From: Rhizophagus irregularis
Taxonomy: Eukaryota
NCBI RefSeq assembly: GCF_026210795.1
Contig: NC_089429.1
Location: 1,426,001 to 1,490,000, forward strand
Reading direction: 5' to 3'
Length of the DNA: 64,000 nt
Part shown: positions 11,431 through 19,599 of the stretch, one piece after another
Position numbering within the stretch: the stretch's first letter is position 1
Layout of the letters: each line of letters opens with the position of its first letter
Notes under the pieces: generated by a model
What the model saw: the letters and a program-made list of their open reading frames with translations, nothing else
The model's database searches: none
What the model was told of the DNA's origin: nothing
Position numbers and translations under genes: made by a program

Positions 11431-11497
11431 CGATGTCACTTGGTTATTGTAAATTGAAGATAACAATTAGGTATGTAGACACGTACAGAAAAAAGCG

Positions 11498-12082
11498 ATG
11501 TCTTACACTTATATAACTAATCCTATAACCGGACGTCCAATCCGTGTTGGTGGAGATACCTTTAATCGAATAGTTATGGAATCCCATGATTATATCGATG
11601 GAAGGCTTGTCCGTAGACAAACCGCACCGCCTCCACCCCAAGAACAACCTGTATATTTAAATACAGATACAGGACGCTATATTCAACACGGTACTAGAAC
11701 GTATCATAGATTGGTTGAGAGTGACTACGAGGTAGTTGAGGACTACTACCTTGTTCATTCTGAAGAGGAGGAGCTTATAGAGGAAATCATCAATGAAACG
11801 CGCTATAATGAGGAAAATTTTGATGGCCAGCGGTTAACTTTTAATGATATACAACAAATCAGGGCCGCTATTCAGGCTGACCAAGATGAATATGATGATT
11901 TTATCTTACAGCAAGATACGACTAACGGGACACCTTCCTCTGGTCCTTCCGGTCATCTACGAACTTTGGAGGACCATGTCCCGAGACTTGCAGAGCTTAA
12001 TATTGAGTTGTGTAGGGAATGTCTCATGCCTGTGAACCCAAGTGACTTAACGGACAAGTTGTGCAAGGACTGCGCTTCCTAA
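11498..12082 (+). CDS. Protein with two NPxTGRxI-type repeats (2-cysteine-adaptor-like, typical of large DNA viruses) and a C-terminal CxxC...CxxC zinc ribbon
   Basis: ITNPITGRPIRVGGDTFNRI and YLNTDTGRYIQHGTRTYHRL; CRECLMP...LCKDCAS. Confidence 0.6.
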   Translation: MSYTYITNPITGRPIRVGGDTFNRIVMESHDYIDGRLVRRQTAPPPPQEQPVYLNTDTGRYIQHGTRTYHRLVESDYEVVEDYYLVHSEEEELIEEIINETRYNEENFDGQRLTFNDIQQIRAAIQADQDEYDDFILQQDTTNGTPSSGPSGHLRTLEDHVPRLAELNIELCRECLMPVNPSDLTDKLCKDCAS

Positions 12083-12234
12083 TGGTCAGTCCTCCGGTCC
12101 TCCGGTCTTTCCAACGGTCGATCCCTTAATGCCAGTTATTTTTTTTTATACAAATGACAGGTATTTAAAGATAACAATATATAAAAAAGATTGTAAAGGA
12201 TACTAAGTGAGCGAATAATCAAAGAAAGATAGCC

Positions 12235-12795
12235 ATGTCAACATCAATCGTAATAAACCAGTGTCAGAACTGTGGAGTATTCTCTGCAAAAGCGGCATAT
12301 AGAGGATTATCCAGCGTGTTGTATAGACAGATTATAAAGAAGATTGGTGACGAGAGTGAACCTTTACAAGCCTTGGGACTTGCCAGGGATAAGTTGGTCC
12401 AGATTATTTGTCGGGCAAGTAATGCGGATTTTACGCAATTATTCACACAAAGACTGGATATGAAAATTATGGACGGAGATTCATACGAGGATACTAGGAA
12501 GTGGCTTCTTGAACAGCTTATAGCCATTGGATGTGACAGTGGGGAAATTACCTTATATCAGTTCTTACGAAATACATACCCGGATGGTATTGACGAACCC
12601 TTTACTACATTCTATGAGAACTATGTAAGTCATATAAGTAATCCGATGACTAAGAACTTTGCTTCTCGAGCCTTAGGAGCTATTGGGTTAAAAGCTAGGA
12701 TGTTACGGATTGACTTTGAAGGACATAAAAAAAGCGCCATGATTCTTAGGGCTTCTGCGGAAGAACTTCGCGAGATTCTTACAAAATACTATTGA
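12235..12795 (+). CDS. Hypothetical protein (N-terminal CxxC, possible C-terminal winged helix)
   Basis: Intact 186-aa ORF whose 3' end overlaps the convergent ATPase gene by 17 nt. Confidence 0.6.
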   Translation: MSTSIVINQCQNCGVFSAKAAYRGLSSVLYRQIIKKIGDESEPLQALGLARDKLVQIICRASNADFTQLFTQRLDMKIMDGDSYEDTRKWLLEQLIAIGCDSGEITLYQFLRNTYPDGIDEPFTTFYENYVSHISNPMTKNFASRALGAIGLKARMLRIDFEGHKKSAMILRASAEELREILTKYY

Positions 12796-14002
12796 TCCCT
12801 ACTCGTAATGCTCGACGGTCCATGTGGCCCTTAGAAAAGATCTGTAAAAGGACCCCGATGCCTTCTATTATTTTTTTATTATCCAAAGGGTGACTAGACT
12901 TCAGGGTTTCATACCGGGAGAATAACTCCTTTACGGTCTCAGGTTTTGGAATTTCAGTCTTCGCGGTCCTATCCCGTACTTTTGCTAAGAATTTTTGGAA
13001 GTCTGATCCCAGGGTCTTACCAGATAGTCCGTAGGCTTCCCGAAAGACGTACTTAATCCAGGTATCTGCATTCTTAGCTATAACACCAGATACGAGAAGG
13101 TGTTTTCTCTCTTTAGGCGATGGATATTCCTGAGCAAACTCGATTAGCTGGGAGGACTTTTTTGCTTCAGCTACGGCTTTCTGGCCATAAGGACTAAACT
13201 TCGATCGAACTGGGTTCAAACTCGGATTGAACGGGGATCGAACTGGGTTCAAACTCGGATTGAACGGGGATTGAACTGAGATTAAACTAGGATCGAACTG
13301 AGATTGATCGGTGATCGAACTGAGACTAGTATCCCATCTAACCCGAATAGATAACGGATCGCTCTTGGATCTTCTAAGATCAAATACTATAAATTCGCGT
13401 TGTAGAGTAAGGTCATCGATTACTGGAGCTAGTGACTCCGATTCTTCTGTATACTGGCGGATGATCCTCTTAGTATCGGTCAAACTTCCGTGACCTCCAT
13501 GTAGGGAAATATAATTCACATTTTCACGAATAGCCTTAGGAATGGTAAAAAATCTTTGGGCTACATAAATACACGAGATATTTTTGTGACGCCCGTGTGT
13601 AAAAAATCCAGTGATGAGATCCTGGGTTTTTTTAGGCGCATCCATCAAATCCTCAAAGATTACCACAGTAGCCTGGGTGGAGTTGAAGTCCTTAACATTT
13701 GGAATCTCACTATGGGATACTGCGGTAAACGGAATTTCTTCTTCTTTGAAAAAATCACGTACGACTGCCCACTTCGGTTCATCGAGGTATCTGCCAACTA
13801 GAATTACCGCATCACATAATATGTACCTTTCGCCATCCTCCTTTGCCTTCTTGTCTCCCATTAACAAATTAATGATCATAGTTGTCTTACCCGAGTCAGA
13901 ACTTCCTGCTACGGCAAGACGGAAAGGCCATGATGGGGCAAACTCATTACCCTGTCTCGAGTCGGTCGTGTACTCGTCCAAATTGTATACATAAAGATCC
14001 AT
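12779..14002 (-). CDS. A32-like (FtsK/HerA superfamily) genome-packaging ATPase with C-terminal extension
   Basis: PFRLAVAGSSDSGKTT (Walker A), VVIFEDLM (Walker B), FFTHGRHKNISCIYVAQRFFTIPKAIREN (signature of A32/Polinton ATPases). 33-nt repeat encoding SPFNPSLNPVR at about 13200-13330. Confidence 0.92.
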   Translation of the reverse strand: MDLYVYNLDEYTTDSRQGNEFAPSWPFRLAVAGSSDSGKTTMIINLLMGDKKAKEDGERYILCDAVILVGRYLDEPKWAVVRDFFKEEEIPFTAVSHSEIPNVKDFNSTQATVVIFEDLMDAPKKTQDLITGFFTHGRHKNISCIYVAQRFFTIPKAIRENVNYISLHGGHGSLTDTKRIIRQYTEESESLAPVIDDLTLQREFIVFDLRRSKSDPLSIRVRWDTSLSSITDQSQFDPSLISVQSPFNPSLNPVRSPFNPSLNPVRSKFSPYGQKAVAEAKKSSQLIEFAQEYPSPKERKHLLVSGVIAKNADTWIKYVFREAYGLSGKTLGSDFQKFLAKVRDRTAKTEIPKPETVKELFSRYETLKSSHPLDNKKIIEGIGVLLQIFSKGHMDRRALRVGINSIL

Positions 14003-14030
14003 TTGAATTTTATTCTAATTTAGTTTAAAT

Positions 14031-14738
14031 ATGATGTCGACACCAATTGCAATTTATACTCCTTCAGAGCCTACTGGACCGCCTCCTAGGGATTTGCGTG
14101 ATATGAATAATATACCATTAGTTGCGGTAATTAAGGATCTAACAGATTTTTTAACTGTCAGTGATCGCATGGTTGTTAATCGAGATGTACAAAATGCAAA
14201 CCATCATCTTAAACATGCTCTTAATTTATTAATTCATCGCTGTAGAGAAACATACGAAGAACGCGATATATTAAAAGCGGAACGCGATCGATCTCGAAAA
14301 GAACGTGATGAATTACAAGACGAACTCGAGGTTCAAACAGGTTTGTTAGGTCTTACACAAGATGAGCTAAATATCGTACAAGATACTATTACTGGTTTAG
14401 AAGCTAATTTGGCTGAATTGGAACGTGAGTTTGGTGGTATGCGGACGACTAATCATCGTCTTCAGCAGCAATATAATCTTATGAGAGGAGAACGTAATAG
14501 AGCTATAGGTGAACGTAATAGAGCTATAGGCGAGCGTGATGTGTCACGAAATCGGCTTGTATATGCCAATAATCGGGTTCTTTTTGGAATTTGGACATTG
14601 GGACGTCTTAGGAATCGACTTTTCCAACAAATAGCCACTCTGCGTATCCAAGTACAATGGTTTCGGATTAGACAATTGAACCCTCCTCCACCTCCTCTCA
14701 ACCATCCACAAAATACGATATGGCTGCCGTTGGTATAG
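14031..14738 (+). CDS. Coiled-coil protein, probably the N-terminal part of the Gag-like ORF
   Basis: Heptad-rich, with GERNRAI repeats. One extra A in the A-run near 14710-14713 would fuse it to 14720-16222 (...NHPQKYDMAAV...). Confidence 0.65.
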   Translation: MMSTPIAIYTPSEPTGPPPRDLRDMNNIPLVAVIKDLTDFLTVSDRMVVNRDVQNANHHLKHALNLLIHRCRETYEERDILKAERDRSRKERDELQDELEVQTGLLGLTQDELNIVQDTITGLEANLAELEREFGGMRTTNHRLQQQYNLMRGERNRAIGERNRAIGERDVSRNRLVYANNRVLFGIWTLGRLRNRLFQQIATLRIQVQWFRIRQLNPPPPPLNHPQNTIWLPLV

Positions 14739-16222
14739 CTGCCCCTATATTTTATGGTCGGGAAGATGAAGATCTTAATCTTTTTATTGATAACTTTTTA
14801 GGGTATATTAATACTGTTGGTATTGATCCATTGGACGATGCCGGTGCACCTCCGGGTCAGGTGCGAGCGATGGGGGTTCTTCGTAGCTGTATGAGAGATG
14901 AAGTGGCGAGGTGGTTTGATGCAGAACTTACTGGAAAAAATTGGGAACTCTCGAATATTCGGTTAGTAGCTACTGCAAATGGTGGAGCCAGTGCTACTCG
15001 CCGAGCATTCAGAGCTTTGGTTGTTCCTGAAAATGCTGGTGCTGGACGACTACATCTTAATATTTATGTGCCTGGATCTGCTGCTCATGCATATTCTCTA
15101 GTTGCGGCTAATGCGGCGGTAACTATTGGAGACGCATTTTTCCCGTCACGCGCTGATATCGTTAGAACGAATTTTAAAGTTGAAGAGCAGTGGAGGCGTG
15201 CGGGCGGACGTCCTACTCATCTACCCGTTAATGGGTTGGGAGATCATGGAGGTCCATTCAATGCTGCTGCCCAGAATCAACCGATAGTCTTACAGGGGAT
15301 TCTCCTGGATCAAGCATTTATGCATATGCGCACAAATTTTCCAACCGTCGTGGAAGAAAGACTTCAAATACGATTTAGTAACCTTTACCAGGAACAAGGT
15401 GAACCTGTTCGATCTTACTACAAGCGAGTTGAGAGGGCTGGGGATATTGTAGGATATAATCGAATTATGGTTACTGACCAGTTCTATAGAGGACTTTTGC
15501 CGGAAAACGTTATTGAAGCTTCCAGAATCGGGGCGGCACCTCTTAATACATTAATCGATAGATTGAGTGATCTTGAGCGACGAAAGGGTGAAATGTTCTA
15601 TGGATTACAAAGGCGTCAGGGTATTGAAAAGGCTAAAAAAGAGGAATTGGCTGGCTATACTCATCCCGTGACTCCACACCAAGGTGCTGTAATACAAAGG
15701 TCGACTGACGTTATTACTCAAGAACGATTACAAGAATTGCTCAAGGCACAAGCCGAGGAACTTACCAAGAATTTCCAGGCACAATTTAAACAATTACAAG
15801 CATCTAAGCCAGTTCGTAAACCACCGGTCTATAGACAACAGATTAAACCTGTTCGGCAAAAGCCACGGCCACGCGTTGTTCAGGATCATCAGGATCCTGA
15901 TTGGGATGATGGTTATGTAGATCATGATTTTGGTGATGACCCTGGTGACCCTGATGCTCCTGAGTGGACTAGTGAGGATGATCAACATGTTATTGATCTT
16001 ATTATGGGATATGAGACGTCTAAAAGATTTCCAAAGAGACTTCAGAAGGCTAAAGATAGACGCGATGATCTGGAATTAGCCCGAGCAATGAGAAACCTTG
16101 ATCTTAATGATGATGCTATGGATATTGATACTAATACCGCGAGTTTTGATGACTTGAAAATTGTTCCCGATGAGGAAGGTGGTTTTCGGATTTGTGCGGT
16201 TCGAAGTACAAAAAAAAAGTAA
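14720..16222 (+). CDS. gag: Ty3/Gypsy-like Gag capsid protein without zinc knuckle
   Basis: PIFYGREDEDLNLFIDNF, LRSCMRDEVARWF and LYQEQGEPVRSYYKRV...DQFYRGLLP align by eye with the genuine Gypsy Gag in this window (PLFYGKEDEDVNDWVRQF, HLRGAAAQWY, TRQEVNESVEEYTRRF...DHYIEGLEP). C-terminal AMDID motif. Confidence 0.8.
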   Translation: MAAVGIAAPIFYGREDEDLNLFIDNFLGYINTVGIDPLDDAGAPPGQVRAMGVLRSCMRDEVARWFDAELTGKNWELSNIRLVATANGGASATRRAFRALVVPENAGAGRLHLNIYVPGSAAHAYSLVAANAAVTIGDAFFPSRADIVRTNFKVEEQWRRAGGRPTHLPVNGLGDHGGPFNAAAQNQPIVLQGILLDQAFMHMRTNFPTVVEERLQIRFSNLYQEQGEPVRSYYKRVERAGDIVGYNRIMVTDQFYRGLLPENVIEASRIGAAPLNTLIDRLSDLERRKGEMFYGLQRRQGIEKAKKEELAGYTHPVTPHQGAVIQRSTDVITQERLQELLKAQAEELTKNFQAQFKQLQASKPVRKPPVYRQQIKPVRQKPRPRVVQDHQDPDWDDGYVDHDFGDDPGDPDAPEWTSEDDQHVIDLIMGYETSKRFPKRLQKAKDRRDDLELARAMRNLDLNDDAMDIDTNTASFDDLKIVPDEEGGFRICAVRSTKKK

Positions 16223-16941
16223 ACTCAGATAAGGGTGTAAGTATCTCGAAACTTCTTAAATCTGTTCCAAAAAAATCAGTTAAAATGACTCCTATTAAGA
16301 TTCCTGTGAAGATTACTAGTAGTAAGCCCACACTTATAAAAGCCGTCACCAAAAATGATTCATTAAGTTTATTAAGGTCTGCAGATTTTAGAAAATTACT
16401 CCGTGAGATTCTTCGGGAAGAATTAAAGTCTGCTCGTAAAAGTACGGAGATTCTGGAAGACCTAGTTGAGGAAAAACAAGAAGAGGATATCAGGGAAGAT
16501 GACCCGATGGATATTGACATAGCTCGTTTGGAGAATACTAAAGATCTTTTAGCGCTGGATGGGAAGGTCAATGGGATAGCAATTCAGTGTTTAGCAGACA
16601 CTTGTGCTAACGCGTCTTTTATTCAGAGGGAAGCCGCTGAAGAATTAGGGTTGAATATCGACAAGAGTATTACACATAACATATCCGGCGCTCCGGGTTC
16701 TGGTAGGACATTCGGCATGGTAAAAGGTGTGTCAATCAAACTAACCCCTGATTGTGTAATCACTGAGAATCTCGCGGTTTTAAGCGATTACAAGCATAGG
16801 GAGATTGGATTGAGCCGGACGTGTCTGAAACGTTACAATTATGATGTCCATGAATCACGTGAACATATCGCCCTTACTTGTAATGAGAAGAATGTTTTTA
16901 TCCCGATAGTTTCTGACGTGAATCGAGGAGACAAAAAATAG
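16192..16941 (+). CDS. Retropepsin-like aspartic protease in the -1 frame relative to Gag
   Basis: GKVNGIAIQCLADTCANASFIQREAAEELGL (DTG replaced by DTC), flap-like ISGAPG. No ATG at the ORF start; overlaps the Gag end at an A9 run just before the TAA. Confidence 0.75.
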   Translation: MCGSKYKKKVNSDKGVSISKLLKSVPKKSVKMTPIKIPVKITSSKPTLIKAVTKNDSLSLLRSADFRKLLREILREELKSARKSTEILEDLVEEKQEEDIREDDPMDIDIARLENTKDLLALDGKVNGIAIQCLADTCANASFIQREAAEELGLNIDKSITHNISGAPGSGRTFGMVKGVSIKLTPDCVITENLAVLSDYKHREIGLSRTCLKRYNYDVHESREHIALTCNEKNVFIPIVSDVNRGDKK

Positions 16942-16955
16942 GGAATATTTATTTT

Positions 16956-18047
16956 TTATTCCCAAAATTTGCGAATTAAATCGGGAACATCCTCCTCCAA
17001 CCGGTCAGCGGGTTCCTAAGTGGCTTCGGTATCTGGGTATCGTTCCCACTTGATTAGATACTGGTCTTGACCCTTCCTGATGCGATGCCGGAGTATCCGC
17101 TCAGATACAAATCTTTCAGGTTGCCCTCTTATCACGGAATCAGGTGGGGGATATTCATTTTCTGGAACAATCTGCAACTCTTTTCGGGTGTACGCACATC
17201 TGGATACACCTAGTCGCCCATGTGGTCCATCAAGAAGATATGTAGGAGGTTGTTCGGGTGAGAGTATCATTTTTTTGATGACACGGATATTGGGATTCCA
17301 TCTTATGTCTCCTGTACGAAATTTTCCATGAAGTTTATTACCGAGTACTGAGATAGGTTCATCTAACTTTACTCGGACTCGCATTCCTTCAGAGAGAAGT
17401 TCCGTCTTTTTTGACACCTTGGGTGACCCAGTCGGAATGTCTGGAGGATTTCTTTGCCAGATTTCATCTATTTTACTAACCACATCATGGAAATCTTCTG
17501 ACCATTCCACGGATGTCACCCCAGTCTTCAACTCCTGTGCCACCATTCGTTTTAGGAGAGGTTCCTGGATTGCTTGGATGGCTCGTTCAGCGTATGATTG
17601 CTGTTTGTGTCTTCCTGGTTCGCCGAACCTCATCATCACCCCTAGGCTGTTCAGGAAAAAATCACGTACCTGATCATTGGTGAATTCTGATCCGGAGTCT
17701 GTCTCTATTCGATGTGTTGGTGGCTTAATGCGATTTCTTCTGTAGATTTTAACAAATCCATTGAGAACCTTATTTGCGGTTTTATCCTTTAGGGGCTCTG
17801 CATCGACTCGTTTACCCGTGACTTCTACCACTACGAGGAAATAGTGAAATCCTTTGGGGTCGACTGGCATCTCTGCGAGATCTGCCTGATGCGTCGCATT
17901 TGGTTTCCATACAACTACTCGTGGACGCTCTGATGACTTCTCCTTTAGGGGCTTTTTGTATAGGTTGTAGTGCTCCTCACCTTTTAGAATTCGTGCTGGT
18001 ACTCCAGAGAGATTGTAGTATTTGTAATAATTCTCTAAATGCGACAT
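16956..18047 (-). pseudogene. Retroviral-type DDE integrase with C-terminal chromodomain; one premature TAG inside the chromodomain
   Basis: HQADLAEM (D), IETDSGSEF (D), SYAERAIQ (E). Chromodomain FVSERILRHR...YLIKWERYPDTEAT*EPADRLEEDVPDLIRKFWE*, where TAG at 17016-17018 replaces the conserved W. ATG at 18047. Confidence 0.9.
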
Positions 18048-18091
18048 ATTACGACAAATTAAAGGAAAGATTTTGGACTTCAAATCTTAAG

Positions 18092-18412
18092 ATGACACGA
18101 TTTTACTGCCTAAAGTGTAAGAAGGAAACCGAAACTGCTAGTGAAATACAAGATATGACCACAAATGGGCGTTACCGGCTGCATGGTGATTGCACAGTTT
18201 GTGGTATGCATAAGAATACTTTTACTGGGATAGACTGGGTTATCAAAAAGAAAACCAAGGAGAAGAAAAAAGAAACTGCGGCTAAAAGACATCAGACGGC
18301 GTACAATCGGCAATGCAAAAAACTCGGGCAGAAAATCTTAGATTCTGATGACACGTGTAAGCAGTGTATTGATAAATGCTTTAAGGAGGCAAAAAAGAGG
18401 AAGACGGATTAG
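18092..18412 (+). CDS. Small basic zinc-ribbon protein (YCLKCK...NGR...GxCxVCG, DUF5679-like)
   Basis: MTRFYCLKCKKET...TTNGRYRLHGDCTVCGMHK followed by a Lys-rich tail. Confidence 0.7.
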   Translation: MTRFYCLKCKKETETASEIQDMTTNGRYRLHGDCTVCGMHKNTFTGIDWVIKKKTKEKKKETAAKRHQTAYNRQCKKLGQKILDSDDTCKQCIDKCFKEAKKRKTD

Positions 18413-18421
18413 TACCGCCTT

Positions 18422-18937
18422 CTAAAAGTATTCCTCATCATCTGAGTCATCGAGAGATACCTCTCCATCATCTGATTCATCATCCGAGTCGTCAGGAGTG
18501 TGACCTTCCTTAAGCAATTGGATGTTGTACGTTATTTGAGTCCATTTCTCCCAGTCGGACTCTTGCGTTATAAAGCCGCATCTGAGGAGTGCTCTTTCTA
18601 TTACTACCATCCCTGCAAACCTGGTGTATTTTTTCTGATCGGCTTCATTGAAATTGTCAATGGCTTCCTTGTAGTAGTCTACTGCCTGTTTGTATACCTC
18701 TTCGGCTTCTTTATGCCGCTTCTACAACTCAGCTTTACAACAGTTATACCAGAGTCTGTTAATCTTGAGATGTTTTCCGAATTCTTTAACCGGAAGGTTT
18801 CTGACCATCTCTGCTACTATGTCCGGGTCATTGAGGGGTGATGCCCGAATTTGGATCCATTTACGGATTCCATAGATGTCTACAAGATCAAGCCCGAGGT
18901 CTTCGGCAAGAGAAGTGGCGGCGTGTAAGTTTATCAT
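18422..18937 (-). pseudogene. Second F-box-like protein with acidic tail and one internal TAG
   Basis: ORFs 18722-18937 and 18422-18610 are in the same frame with an open 37-codon linker. PLNDPDIVAEMVRNLPVKEFGKHLKINRLW is F-box-like. Confidence 0.6.
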
Positions 18938-18947
18938 TGTATGTTAC

Positions 18948-19467
18948 TTATAGTTACCTAATCTTCAATTGCCGAATATATTTTTTCTGACGGGGGTAAG
19001 TGGTCATAGTTCGGGTGCCATAGTTCGACTGCCATAGTTCGGCTGCCATAGTTCGGGTGCCATAGTTCAGGACATAGGGAATCATACTTGGAGGGTCTAG
19101 GTGAGTATATAAAGGGTAATCATAGCGTGAATCGGGTTTTGGGGTCTGAGAGGCTGACTAAGGCTGCCATAGTATTATTATAAGATTTTTCGTACTATGG
19201 CAGGTACTATGGCAGGAGATTCTGTTTGATTTCGGCTTTATTCGCGTTTTTATTCCATTTTTAAGTAGTCTGCCATAGTTGCCATAGTTGTCATAGTAAG
19301 TTATATATAAGAAAAAATGTAGAAAAAAAAATAAGTGGAAAAATACCGTGGCAGACCATGGTACTGTGGCAGGTAAACCTGCCCCACGGAGGGGTGATGT
19401 AGGTACTGCAAGGCCGTTGAGGCCGAGGTGGGATGAGCATAGCGAGGCACACTACCAGCCCGATGAC
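18948..19467 (-). repeat. Right terminal inverted repeat (520 bp)
   Basis: Matches the left TIR apart from a few substitutions and one extra 14-bp gaactatggcaNNc unit. Confidence 0.95.
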
Positions 19468-19599
19468 GCTAACGTTCCGATTTTTTTTGTATTTCATTTT
19501 TAACGAAACGTTTTTTAACGTTTCGAAACTTTTTTTTTTGATTTTTTCTTTAATCGGAACGTTGGCTAACGTTCCGATTTTTTTTTATTACATTTTTTA

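Larger units (their letters stand above)
4426..19467. mobile_element. Maverick/Polinton-like virus-like transposon carrying a Gag-protease module
   Basis: Long TIRs; 5-bp TSD GCTAA (4421-4425 and 19468-19472); encodes PolB, DDE integrase, A32-like ATPase and SF3 helicase; intronless and visibly GC-richer than flanks. Confidence 0.92.

Noticed and set aside
11330..11445. CTGATGA and GAAAC motifs suggesting a hammerhead ribozyme
   Set aside because: I could not build stems I-III around the core on either strand; CTGATGA is simply one arm of an inverted repeat with TCATCAG.
14031..16941. gag-pro as an independent LTR retrotransposon nested in the Polinton-like element
   Set aside because: No LTRs, PBS, PPT, TSD, RT or RNase H; spacing to flanking core genes is only 14-28 nt; the adjacent integrase is on the opposite strand. 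The rejection is provisional until other copies are compared.
17900..18091. N-terminal 64 codons of ORF 17900-18412
   Set aside because: TTG start overlapping the integrase antisense; the recognisable zinc-ribbon protein starts at ATG 18092.
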